A program made the position numbers and the translations under genes. This document shows positions 38,501 through 50,714 of a stretch of DNA of 64,000 nucleotides, piece by piece. How positions within the stretch are numbered: the first letter of the stretch is position 1; every line of letters starts with the position of its first letter. Source of the stretch: Antedon mediterranea (taxonomy: Eukaryota > Animalia > Echinodermata); assembly GCF_964355755.1 (NCBI RefSeq), contig NC_092677.1, positions 11,430,101 to 11,494,100 of the forward strand. Direction: 5' to 3'. The notes under the pieces were generated by a model. It was not told the DNA's origin and searched no databases. It saw only the letters and a list, made by a program, of their open reading frames with translations.

Positions 38501-40476
38501 CATTATATGCCAGAGCAATTAATATGACTCATAAGAAATTGTTGTTGATTTAATGCTATTTGTATTGAAGTATGTAGAACAATCCTCTGTGGTCTGTAAA
38601 AAAAAAACAACATTCAATTAATAATAATCATTATTTAATTAATTATATTTGTATATTTTACTTATTTTCTTAGGCCTATAAACAACGCGCGCCCGACAAT
38701 GAACACGCGCCAATAATGCACGCACTACCCCACTATAGGCTAAAGCCTGGCTCTCCTACTGTACTACTAGGCCTAGACTATATTGATTTATAAATAAAAA
38801 AAAAAGAGGCTTTGTAGAGTTTTATGATTAAAAACAGCTTTCCTATATATTATATGTTGCCCTTATTAATTTACAAAACCACATTTTTTATCTTATGGCG
38901 TAAAAAATGATTTTAGCTACAACCATGTGTTCCATTTTCAATAGTAAAATACCCAAGAAGGCACATGTTTAAGCAGCCATTAAAAAAAAATAAAAAATAA
39001 CCCCAACGAGATTTTTTTATTAACTACTATTGAAAAATCAAATATTCAGAAACTATAAAACCTACCTTCTCAAAAAATTGCGTTGTTTTATTACAGCCTC
39101 AACAAATTAGACGAAATTTTAACATTCGAATAGCCTAAAATTGTTTAAAAAACATCGGTGTAATTCACCCTTGTTTCACACAAATATAATGGGTTCGTCG
39201 ATTAAAAAACAATATCACGTGGTTCGTAGATGCCTTGTCAAAGGTTTTCATGAATTATTCATTAGTAAATAAAACCAAAAGTTCCAATTGGCCAGTTTGC
39301 AAAAACCTAAGATTTACTTTTCAAAACAAAGTTGCTTCCGGGTAATTTTCCACGCTGTCTCGTGTGCAAAAACGATTGGCTGCCGATAGAGGGCTCACTA
39401 CTTTTTGTCCCTGGTGAATCGAGTGTGTGCATGATGCTAATTAGGATTGTTTACAACTCGTCACGGTTAAGAAGGTGTTTTCACACAGATCGCGAGGAAG
39501 TTTTATGATTATGCATACAGACTAGCCAAACAAGCGCGTTGCATTATGAGTTATCAAAAACTTTTTTTTTCGAAATATTAAAAAAAAAAATTTGGGGGAA
39601 TTAGTCAAAGGGACAATACATCTTTAAATTCAGTTTAAATTAATTAATTCAGGCCTAGTCTGATTGATTAATATGATTCAGGCCTGATTTAATTAAATAT
39701 TATTAAGTAATATTATTACTAATTAGTTAATTTTACTATAAAATTGTTATCATTTAATTTGCTTTCTTTCATTTTACAGAACTTACGCTGTCAGGCGGAT
39801 AAGAAGTGCATTCCAAGAAAACAAGGATGAGGCCGATCCTGTAAAGATAAAACAGTTACTATGGAAAGGAAATGAAAATCTAAAAATGATAAAACGTCAG
39901 GTAAATTGATGATGGTAGACTGATCACTATAAATCAGTCATGATACATTATTAATTTTTAATCTCTATGAAAATAAATTTCAAATTGTTATTTAATCATA
40001 TAATTTATGTGAATCTTGAAGGTAATATTTATGTTCAGAATGTCTTAATTTATCAATATGTAATAAATTTATTAAATTTTATCACAATATTTGAATAAAC
40101 CACAACACAATGTTATATCACAATATATATCATTTTATCATTATTGTACCGAATCTCAATTTTTAATACTGAATAAAAAAAAATATCGTTTTAGGCTCTG
40201 TAATATAAATGTTCTCTGTATACTTTAATTGTTTTATCGTATTTAGATTTAAACACAATATCATAACATAACATATTTTCTATAATCTATTAACCTATTG
40301 ACCTCAGACTGTGTAATGTCATTTAAATATCCATTGTTTATCATATGTGCAATAAAAGTGAGCTGAAAAGAAAGAGAAAAAAACACATATTTCCATTTTT
40401 TAAACCACCTTTTTTGCAGGTTGTGATTAGTGAACTATATTCAGCACCAAAACTTGTGATCGAACAGTCAAAATGA
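35562..40476 (+). CDS. LYRM4: LYR motif protein 4 (ISD11), 3 exons (35562-35644, 39780-39900, 40420-40476); absent from the ORF track
   Basis: Spliced product MSTIRISVLTLYKHLLRESKKFSSYNYR|TYAVRRIRSAFQENK...MIKRQ|VVISELYSAPKLVIEQSK*. Confidence 0.93.
35769..36686. mobile_element. Ginger-like non-autonomous DNA transposon
   Basis: TGTCAC...GTGACA termini, 4-bp TSD CTCC, inverted subterminal arrays of GGTCCG/CCAAAA motifs. Confidence 0.72.
36925..39623. mobile_element. Non-autonomous Kolobok element in LYRM4 intron 1
   Basis: TTAA TSD (36921-36924, 39624-39627); 16-bp TIR AGATGTATTGTCCCTT; no long ORF. Confidence 0.87.
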
Positions 40477-41715
40477 TGGCAAATGTAGAGATGATGAGAG
40501 TCGCAGTGTAAAGATGCAAATTAAAACTTAACAGCAATTATAAGACAGGAGAGCAATGCTGTAAACGTGATCTTCTACTCAATTAAAAAGAAGAATTACA
40601 GATACTATGCATTGCTTGTTGAATAAACAGTCGGTGCTTCTTTGAACACAGATTATTTAGGATGGAAACTACTGTATTAATAAATTATACTATACCATTA
40701 TAAATAGCTATTGATTTAATAAGTAATGAAGTTAGAGAAAATTGTGTTTACCTCATAGTTTTAAGTTTGCACAGGGTAGAGATAAGGCTATCAGTGTTGA
40801 TTGAATATAGTATTTGCTATCAGCATGGTTGACCATGCATTAATGTGCCGTATAAGCTGTTCTGTAGGTCCTTGCTTCTTTTTGGTACGGTTAATGGTAC
40901 ATTATTCTTCTAGTTGTTTTTTATTTGCATATATTTGCACTTTACATAAAAAATAATAAATTGCTTATGGTTGATTGTGCAGCAAGGATAGAGTGCAAAG
41001 TGCTGGGATGATGTCTAATGAAAATCTATGAAAACATACATTTGTAAAAATCTGTCTTATATATTTCGCTTCACCATGGTTTGTAGGTAGGACATTAAAC
41101 TACTTTATTTTGATTTATCTTTTGAATGAAACATGTTATGTATCTCAGTTCCACACATGTAAATTGATGGTTAATAAAGTTAATGATTATTCAAATATTT
41201 CTTTCTGTGATATTCTCTGTTGTGTTACTTGGTTTGTATTATTGCTGTTATTAAATGCTAACGTCATGTTTAATGTTATTTTAATACTTAATTGTTCGTT
41301 TTATGCAATTAATTTCATCAGGAAATACCGCTGAATAATGATTTTATAAAATATAAATAATGGAAAATTCTGAATTCAATTAAAGAACCTAGAACTAAGA
41401 AAATAAACTCTGATGGAAACTTTTATTCTAAAGCAAAACAAATTTTGATTTAAGATGTATTGTCCCCCAACAACATGAAAAATAAATAATAAAGTTAATG
41501 ATCACTTCCGAAACCCAAAAATGTTTTCATGATGACAAAATAAACGGTTAAATTCAACCGAAAACCATTGGCTGGCAGTCAATTTGACTATTTTTGTGCT
41601 TTAACATACAGTTTTTTCTGGTAAATAATTTTTTTTAATTCAATTTTTGGTCAAAGAATGAAGGAAAAAATAATATTTTTTCCTCCATGGTCAAAGTGAC
41701 CTATTAAATTCATCA

Positions 41716-42120
41716 TAAACAATACGTGTGACGTCACCGTCCTACTTGTTCAAACTTGTCTGTGTCCTGCCGCCAAACAAAGGAAGTTTTCATATCAACA
41801 ATACATGTGCCGTCATCTCCTATTGTCTAAAAAGTTGCCCCGCTAAACAAAGCAATTTCCGTACTTTTACTTGTCCAAACTTGTCTTGTGTCCATGTCGC
41901 CAAGCAAATTATCGTAAACAATACGTGTGACGTCATCTCCTATTGTCTAAAAACTTGCCCCGCAAAAAAAGCAATTTCCGTAGTTTACTTGTCCCAGGGA
42001 GATGTCCGAACTTGTCCTGGCGCCAAGCAAGCAAGTTATTGTCGTGAACAGACGGCATGTCCTATTGTCTAAAAAACTTGCCGGTGTCCTATCCTAACAG
42101 TCAAAACAAAGCAATTTTCC
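41716..42120 (+). repeat. Subterminal direct-repeat array upstream of KolX
   Basis: Recurrent AAACAATACRTGTGACGTCA, CCTATTGTCTAAAAA, AAAGCAATTTCCG and ACTTGTCC modules. Confidence 0.8.
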
Positions 42121-42432
42121 AAAAGAAATCAAATTTATTATTGTCTAGAGAATATTAAAGGAATGCAGTATTATTTCTTTTAAAATGTGTAGCATTGTAG
42201 ATATAATTCATATAAAACGAAGTGCGGTAAAAATTTTTTGAAATTTATTGTTGTTTAGAGTAAAATCGATTTTGAAGTGTAGATTTTTCAAAAAAACCGC
42301 GGATTCTCTATGAGCCGCCATGTTTAACACGAAAACGAGGTTGTGACGTCATTGGTTTGACAGAGAAAATCATCCAACTGTGAGACTGCCCGTAGAGCGT
42401 GGATGCCTATATATACACAGAGCTAAATTAAG

Positions 42433-42969
42433 ATGAATCACGGATTACAACCTTACCAATTAGAACCCAGAAGAAGAAGAAGAAGAAGAAGAGATGTGGA
42501 GGAAATAGAAGGTTTAGATAATATTGTCGCACATGAAGGAGAAGATATAGAATGGAGGAAAGTAAACAAGGAGGAATGGTGCCAATGCGGACGGTGTGAA
42601 TTGATGGACACTGCTGTGGAATGCCTTTGTTGTCGGGAAATTGAAAATGTACGAGCGAAGATGAACATAGGATCAGAAAACGAAATGGCATGCATTTTAG
42701 ACCATTTTGAATTCGAATTTGTATGTTTACATCCTGCAGTAATTAGAACTGCACTTGTTGCCCGGACAGACATTAGGCGAGACAGCATCGTTGACCCGAT
42801 CCCGAACGAAACATTTCGCCTTCAGGCGTACAGGCAGTTCACCTACTGGGTGCATGACCGCCTTGGTAAAGCCGTACGACGAGTCATCCCAGCCTGCGTC
42901 GTAAACAAAATCAGAAAGGACTTTCCTAGCATTGATGGAAATTATGTTGGATTTAAAGAAGTCGAATAA
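42433..42969 (+). CDS. KolX-like Cys-rich protein homologous to the P2X7 C-terminal ballast, intronless, 178 aa
   Basis: QPYQLEP, WCQCGRC..M....ECLCCRE, CI..H..F...CL, AYRQFT.W.H..LG...RRVIPACVV..IR..FP...G.Y.GF; TATA-like CCTATATATA at ~42407. Confidence 0.88.
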   Translation: MNHGLQPYQLEPRRRRRRRRDVEEIEGLDNIVAHEGEDIEWRKVNKEEWCQCGRCELMDTAVECLCCREIENVRAKMNIGSENEMACILDHFEFEFVCLHPAVIRTALVARTDIRRDSIVDPIPNETFRLQAYRQFTYWVHDRLGKAVRRVIPACVVNKIRKDFPSIDGNYVGFKEVE

Positions 42970-43651
42970 ATCGAATGGTATCAAGATGTTAATTCATAAC
43001 ATTTAATTATCGAATGCATCAAATAGTAACATTTTTTATAGCTAGGCTATGCCTACCTAGTTAGGCTAAATAAAAGCCATTTCCTTGATTATAAATTTTG
43101 TAATAGACATTATTAATATACTGTAACAAGAAAGAAGGGCGATTTATTTTAATTCACTTAACAAGGGTATGTAAATAAAAATTAAAAGCAACAAACAGTA
43201 ACAAGTGTTTTCTGTTTATTATTTGTATGCAAGCATTGTATTAAAAGCTGTTCCAAAACAGGGAAGAATCAAATCCAATCAAAATGTAGTTATTTATCAT
43301 CTGGCCGGCCAAATATGTGAAATATAATTCGCGAATATAATTAGACGTATTTTGCAGAAAGTTACTGAGCGTCATCTTACAGCAATTGCACAACAACACA
43401 ATAATTATTATAATAAACATTTTTGCATCGGTAAAATTAGTTTATTCACTATTTTCAGAGAATTTCCTTCAATGCCTTTTTTTTATTAATTCAACCAAAA
43501 ACTATACACTAATAATTGCATCAAGAAAATATTTAAGAAATTGTATTTATAGTAATATAATATGTAAGGTTTCATCTTTAGCAGTTTAAAAAGATTTTTT
43601 TACAAAACAAAATAAGCATAAATTAGCTTTGTTGGTTTTAATGTAAACACA

Positions 43652-46600
43652 CTATGAAAGCAGAAACCTAGTTCTAAAATCTTCAATCGCATCTTCTTTC
43701 TCTGGTTTCTCAGAAGAAGCAATGTTTGTTGGAAGATCTGGTCTGTCTACATAACGTTGACCTAGAACTATAGCGCTATCTTCACGTCGGTCACACACCA
43801 TTTCCATCAGTCTCTTTCTAAATTCGAAGGTTTTGTCTACATAAATTTTCTTCAATACCCACTGCTTCTTGCGTTTGGGAAATGCCAGTCCAAATCGAAG
43901 AGTGCCTGTTAGGAAATGCACATAATTATTCCTCATTGTAAATATGTCTTTATAGATTACTAATCAACAAATTAAAGAAGCTTTTATAAAACTACTTACC
44001 TTCCTCAGTAGTTGCTTGCTGTCTACCAACATTCTCATTGTGGTCCATAATTGCCAATTGATGACGGGCTCTCATGCCTTCATAGCTGAAGTGTTCCCTC
44101 TTTGGACAATATTTTAACAACATCCCATGAAAAACCTCTAGCGATCCTGTAAGAAGGTTAAGCATTAATTTTATTATAAAAATTGTTATATTATAGTGTT
44201 TATTATTGTATGTTAAAGAATGTAGTATAGCAGGGCTTCTTTTGCCTTTAATTTATTCGAATGATCCCAGAGCAAAAATAGTACATTTCATATATCTTTT
44301 TACATACATACCTGTGTGTTTAAAAAGTGCCATCTTGTGCATATCTTTTAGTAATTTAGTGTTCATAACAACACCCCGAAGTGCATCATGAGCATCGCTA
44401 CCTGGTGTCAGCCATTCAATTTCATGCATGTCCTCCAATAGTGGGTCGTGACTGCACTTGTGGAATTTATCTGCACTAGCCCATTCATGGATGTTGCAGA
44501 CGTGCTGTAGTAAAGAAAGCCACTTGTCCTTAAGGTCCTAAAAGTGAAATATAGTATAAACTATTAAATGAAAACTATTAACATAAATGAATGTTAACAT
44601 AATAATCAATAAGAATGTACAACACATACTGTACTTCAATACAGTATACACAAACAAATCGTGATAAAAAAACAGCTTTAATATAACTTACAGCATAATC
44701 GCCATTGCAGGAAGCACAGCACCACCACAGATGATTTTTTATGGACGGTATCCAAAATCTAAGGTCTTCGCAACCTTTCTTCTTCGATTTTTCTCTAAGC
44801 TTCTTGGTGACGCTTTTAACAACATGAAAAATGTCAAACTCATGTTTTAATTCGGGGTAGTTCTTATTCATGTCACTTGCAATTTGGACATGTCTATCTG
44901 TAGTCACTCCCACGACATTTACATCTTCCTCTAGAAGGTAGTCAATTGCCCTTGTGAAACCGACTCGCTCCATATTTGTTGAAGCTTGGCCTGGCGCTTC
45001 CGATACTTGGACAAGCTCAAAATGAATAATGAGCTCACTATTCTCCTCCATCAGAGAATATCCCAAATACTTAGCACTATGGCCAGGCGTGTCACTGCGC
45101 CCATCCCCACCAACGAAAATATCTTGGTAGCGAAATGCATCTATCCATATACCATGGTTTTCATTGTACAGATCATTTATTACAGGGAAAAGGTAAGACC
45201 TCTGAATATTGTAAAAATGTTTTTCTGAAAGCATGTGTAGTTTCATAGTGGTTGCAATGTCAAACATTTTTTGGTATGTGCCACCTGAAAACAAAATCGA
45301 TGCCGCTAACTCAAGGTTTCCCTTTGCCATGTTTCGCACAAGTGGTTGTGATTTCCACCTTCCTCTGTGATTGTTGTGGCATGTCCATTCAAATACAATC
45401 ATTGTTCCCCGGTACAGTTTATGTATTTCTAATAGACTACCACACTCTTGGCATGTATTAAAAAGATGGTCCAATGACGACTCATAGACGAGGAAGACTC
45501 CATCACTCTTCTTTCTTTCAGCCGTATTAGTTTCAGAGTCACTATCAGAGCTGCTCGGTGAATATGAGCTATCAGAATCAACATCTGAAAAAGGCATGTT
45601 AGATAGAAAAAAATTATTTGATATTTTCAAGTACAAAAACCTCATCTTTTTTTTTAAAAACCATTCAAATCTTAGCTTTCTTGGTCATAAACAAATAAAT
45701 GTATTGTAAATGTGCCCATAGTTTTGAGTTGCAGAACAAATAGTAAACATAAAAAGAATAAATAGTACCTTCATCACTGTCATTATCAGAATTATCTACT
45801 TCTGAATCTTCTTCTTCTGGAACTTGTGGTATGTTTTGTGGGATGCTGGCTGTACTTGAGGCCGATGGACATTTGCGAGTTTTGGCTACAGACTTGGGCT
45901 TTTTTTTAAACAGCTTCACATAACTATGATCATGCTGGATCTTTAGTGGATCTGCGAAAGTGTCTGTCTGGAATGTACAATTGTAATATTTTGATAAAAA
46001 ATAGCATTTATATGTAACAATCATTGCATTCCATTATTTATTAAGAGCCTTATTTGTATACACTTACTTGTGTTGATGAGTTGACCTTAGTTACTTGTCC
46101 ACATTTACACCCTTCCGAAAACAAAATCTCTGGCTGAATTACTTCTACCGAATCTCTTGGTATTGATGTTTCATCTAATTCCACTTGGCCCATATCCAAA
46201 ACTTTCTGAAAATGAATGCATAAGTTAACCATAATCTGCATGTTAGACTTGATGAAGACATGAACAAAATACTCGATGTTACAAAAGCCAAGTGTAGCAC
46301 CTGATGATCCAAGAGTAATTTTTATCACCTTAACTCAACTTCATTCATGAAACAGTAAAATGTTGAAATTTATTTTATATCTACATATTTTCATTTCGTT
46401 TTGTGGGAAGATGTTATTTTTTAACATAACTAATTAACACCACTAGGCCTAGCTTTAAAATTAAGGGCAATCAACTCAGAATACACAAGCCGTCTAGGCC
46501 TACTCCTACTACGGCAGTGCTGGCTAAAGCAGCTAGCCGCCTAGTTTAGTTAGAGGAGAAGAAAGAGAAGGGCCTCTCGCCTATCTATAGGCCTAACTAG

Positions 46601-47069
46601 AGCCTGTTTATAGTTTAATAAATACACAGTATTTTAATTATAATTATCAACAGAGCCGCGCATTATTATTTATATTTTGCTGTAGATTTTCGTAGCTTAC
46701 CTTTTTAGGCCATCGCTTTTGTTCCATCAATTTTTGACGATCTTGTCTTCTTTTCGATGCTTCGCTGGCAGGTTTGATATGAGCAAGCTGTGTTGGTACA
46801 GCGTCCGGCTTTAATCGCCTTGTTGGTTTTCGACCGAGTGACACTTTCACAGAATTGTCTTCAAACATATCTTTCTCAAAATGTTCACTACACACTCGAG
46901 AATGTACATTTACATGAGGATTCTCTAACTTCAAAGATGCCACCCACTTACGAAGTAAATCTTTATTGTGCAAAGGCAATCGATGAAAGCTGACGTTAAC
47001 TTTGTTGGTAGATTTCCTGTCTTTCCTACTTGATGCATTACTGCAACCGAAAGCCATACAAAATACCAT
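43652..47069 (-). CDS. Kolobok transposase with N-terminal THAP domain, ~7 exons (47069-46701, ~46207-46068, ~45969-45769, ~45584-44691, ~44537-44312, ~44146-43999, ~43906-43652)
   Basis: THAP MVFCMAFGC...FHRLP...W...RVCSEHF...LKPDAVPT; CxxC...CxxxH; candidate catalytic motifs GDGRSDTPGHSAKY, TTDRH, HEFDIFH and GSLEVFH..LLKYCPKR. No stops seen in the exons. Confidence 0.87.
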
Positions 47070-48143
47070 AATTTTTGCTGGACGTACACGGTTACTACCG
47101 TTTAAATTAATAAATAAAAAATCAGCATACACTATAAAACGCAAAACTTTGAAGAAACGGGAAAAAAGCGAGAAATTACGGTGAAAATTAGCTGGACAAA
47201 TACAGTCAACTGACACTACAGTGATATTCGCACGTGTACAAAGTATACGAAGATCCCGGATGAAGGGACTTCCGCCCCACCACCGATCGTAGCTTCCTGG
47301 TTTTTTTCCAAGATGGCGGAGCACCATTACCGTGGAACAAAAATAACTAAAAAATCGGATTTTTGCTATTGGTTTCAACTTTTTAATTTATCCTTTGTTT
47401 ATTTTTATATACATTTTACTATATACACTAGTTTAAAAGAAATAATACTGGATTCCTTTAACTTTAACATAATTACTGTTATTGCAATACAGTATTTTCA
47501 CGCTGCTGCTCTAGCCCGCTACGTCACACGAGATGACTCATTAATTAGATGAAATCAAGCAGCAGTTATAGTACTACACTTTGACATTTTTGTTAAAATG
47601 GAAACTCCACTATAATTTATAGGTAGCAGCTGCATTTCTGGTATTTATGAGTCCCATGATAATACTGTATTTCGCTGTCAGATAATCATTGAATTATGAT
47701 GAAGTGACCCCCAGACTTGACCTTAGCAATAAAATAAACTAAATTGAGTCTGTTTCATATCAAAGTTATTCACTTCTGTAACAAAATTCACATTATAGAA
47801 AGAGAAAAGAAACGTTTAATTATAATTCAAAAACCACATTGTCTGACAGACAATTGAAGTATTTTTTGCTTTTAATTACATTTTTTTCAGGTAAAATAAC
47901 TATTAATATGTGACAATAAAATGACACATTCAAAAACAAATTTGAAATAAAAAATATTTTTCAGAGGAACAATATATCTTTAAAACTGTTACGTCAATAA
48001 GCGAGCAGCGTTTTTTGTAAGAAATATTTCTTGTTATTATTGTTTTCCCAGACTGATTAGATTAAATATTACAGTTAATTAAAAAAGCCCCCATATGCAA
48101 AATAGAATAAACCAGGAAGATCCAAATGTCGTAAAAATATTTT

Positions 48144-48243
48144 GATTGGCCAATTATGTGAAACTGCCCGATCGTCGGTAATTTACATTGTTTTGATTGG
48201 CTAATGATATTTGGCACTTCTTGTCGTTACACGCCCTATATAA
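48144..48243 (+). promoter_or_regulatory. CCAAT-CCAAT-TATA promoter of the methyltransferase-like ORF
   Basis: GATTGGC at ~48144 and ~48195; TATATAA at 48237-48243, ~50 bp before ATG 48294. Confidence 0.55.
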
Positions 48244-48293
48244 CACAGCGCGTAATTCATTTTTTTTATTATTGAACAATACTGTAGTACAAG

Positions 48294-49184
48294 ATGGAGA
48301 AGTCAGTGTTACAAATTGCTGGTGAAGCTCATTTATTTTTGATCAGAAAGTTTGAAAAGCAAAACAACTTGAGTGAATTAAGCAAATACGAAATCATTCG
48401 TAGAATAGTAGCCTTGTCTGAATCGTACACCAATTCCTATGCTTTGGCAACGAGCCGGTCAGTTGATTTTAACGATATCAGATACCAAGCGGCTTATATG
48501 TTCCAATACTTCTCAGCACTTTGTCATTCTGTTGGATATGGACTTGATAGACTGTCAGAACCTTTATTTTGGCATAGCGATGGCGAAGAAGGAGATTTAA
48601 AATTAAATGTTTGCTCCATCGGAGGAGGTCCGGGAACCGATGTACTTGGGTTTTATATGTACTTGCAACGGATCCTACAAAACCGGAACATAGACCGAAA
48701 ATTGGTTATCAACGCTAAAGTGATTGATAGATTTGATGGATGGCGACAAGCCTGGGATGCAATTAAAATGCAATTGGAACCTGAAGATCGGATCCATCTC
48801 GATTACATTCGACATGACTTAAACGAACCTGCAACTGAAGAGGTCGAATCATGTGTTGCTGAAGCGAATGTTATACTGATGTTTAAGTTTATAAGCGCTG
48901 TTACGGGAGTGCCAAATATGCAAGAAAAGCTGTCAAATATACTGCGTAATGCACCTCGGCACGCTTACTTAATTTTTGGAGACAACATAAGAGGAGGTAG
49001 TACGGAAATATTTTACCAAGTTGCCAAAGAAGCCGGATTTGAATTAATTAACGACTACGAAGAAGAACGTTTCGGTATTCCTGCAGGTGACGAGTATGTC
49101 ATCCTTCATCAGCTGGAGGAACTGTACGACAGGAGATACCAGAACTGGCTAGGCATGCATTTTAAGTTTTTATACAAAAAATAA
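48294..49184 (+). CDS. Intronless class I SAM-dependent methyltransferase-like protein, 296 aa
   Basis: Motif I-like VCSIGGGPGTD, acidic residue after the next strand (KVIDR), HDL, VILMFKFISA and LIFGDN. Substrate unknown. Confidence 0.72.
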   Translation: MEKSVLQIAGEAHLFLIRKFEKQNNLSELSKYEIIRRIVALSESYTNSYALATSRSVDFNDIRYQAAYMFQYFSALCHSVGYGLDRLSEPLFWHSDGEEGDLKLNVCSIGGGPGTDVLGFYMYLQRILQNRNIDRKLVINAKVIDRFDGWRQAWDAIKMQLEPEDRIHLDYIRHDLNEPATEEVESCVAEANVILMFKFISAVTGVPNMQEKLSNILRNAPRHAYLIFGDNIRGGSTEIFYQVAKEAGFELINDYEEERFGIPAGDEYVILHQLEELYDRRYQNWLGMHFKFLYKK

Positions 49185-49695
49185 CTTAGGTGTGACAGTC
49201 AAAAATACCATGATTTCTGTTGTATGAAATCTCTAGAAGAACAAATTGAATATTTTTTATTGGGAGGTTATCGATAAAGACAGACAGTTTGCTTATTTTC
49301 TTGTAAATACCTTGGTTAATTGAGAGTCTATTTGTTGCTGTGTGAGGATATCTAAAATGTGTTTCGCACGTGTCACGGAAACGATTGACTGGAGAAAAAA
49401 AAAATAGCCCTTTAATTACATATATATACCTCCAGTCAGAATGTCCATGATTTCTGCTGTATGAAATAGCCTGAGAGCAGATCAATTGTTTTCTCTAAAC
49501 ATTCTTGACAAAGAGTACAAAAGATACATTCTACTACGAACTGAATATGCACAGCAGTGCTGATTGCCTTTTGTTTGTTTCTTTGACTGATTCAGAAAAT
49601 CCGTACGAGATGCGATTCTCTCCCTATTAACTGTTCTTCTTGCTCCGATTGCTGTGAGACCGGAAAGTCATTGTTATTTCCCTTTTCTCGTTCCT

Positions 49696-49783
49696 TCCTT
49701 CCAACGGCTGGAGGATGTGTACAGCAGGAGATACCAGAACTGGCTAAGCATGTACTTTACATTTTTATACAAAAAATAGCTTA
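49696..49783 (+). pseudogene. 3'-terminal fragment of a diverged paralogue of the methyltransferase-like gene
   Basis: Encodes LQRLEDVYSRRYQNWLSMYFTFLYKK* versus LHQLEELYDRRYQNWLGMHFKFLYKK* at 49102-49184. Confidence 0.82.
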
Positions 49784-50714
49784 TTGTATCATAAGTTATC
49801 ACATTGCCAACAAGCTTGGAATTAAGGAAAGTTGTTCAATGTATCCGAATAAAAACTTTGGAACAACATGAATTAGCAGATAGAACCAGAACCAAAACAA
49901 GAGAAATAATTTAAAAAGATTGGACAGAGTACCGTACAACATTGAAGTGAACACCAATTGTGTTGTAACATAGTACATTTTATTTATAAATTATTTATTA
50001 CCAAATTGTCTTATAGTACGGTAGATATGAAAACCTTTTTTATACTAAACTATGATGACGATTATATTAAATAAAGTAACATACTGTTTTCCAAAATTTT
50101 TTGTGGATTATTATTGATGAAATCGAGATTCCAAACACAAAATTCCAATATTAATTCCTTATAAAATTTAAGTTTAAAAAACATATTTTATCTTAATTTG
50201 TTAAATATAATGCATTTTTATATTGTCAAGAATTTATTCAGGTGTTGATGTTTATACTGTAATAATACTAGCTAAGAAATTAATTAATCATAGTAAAAAA
50301 TGACGAAAATCTTGTCGGCGAGCAGGGATGATACTCTATATATTTATTATTATATAGCTCACAATGTAACATTTTAAGTACAGTATCTCATTGTTATTTG
50401 AATGTGTTACAATAAAAACAAGAAAAAAACCCACTTATATCTAGTATACGTTTATATATCATATGGTTGTTTTAAAAAAAAAACGAGTGAGTAAGGGTTA
50501 GCACTAGAGCAGAGCGAGTGTCATACACAGAGTAGGAGTACTCCAGACCCAAAAGGAATGTCATATCCCCAGGGTATATTTCATAATTCATATTGTTTAA
50601 TTTCCTGTTATTGTTATAATAATTAGTAAAGGTCATTCTTTGTTTGAGGGGTTAGCACTAAACTAACTGTTTCTAAAAAAAAAGTTGGTCACAAGTAAAG
50701 CGGCTTGTATGGCT

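Larger units (their letters stand above)
41453..47979. mobile_element. Apparently autonomous Kolobok (KolobokP-like) DNA transposon
   Basis: Left end TTTA|AGATGTATTGTCCCCC, right end GAGGAACAATATATCT|TTAA; two convergent genes (KolX and THAP-DDE transposase); diverged terminal direct repeats. Confidence 0.88.

Noticed and set aside
42433-42969. P2X purinoceptor 7 host gene
   Set aside because: Only the ballast-like domain is present, with no TM or ectodomain exons, and it lies within transposon termini.
46647-47378. Stand-alone host THAP transcription factor (243-aa ORF)
   Set aside because: The THAP begins at ATG 47069 and a donor at ~46700 leads to downstream transposase exons; the upstream part of the ORF is non-coding read-through.
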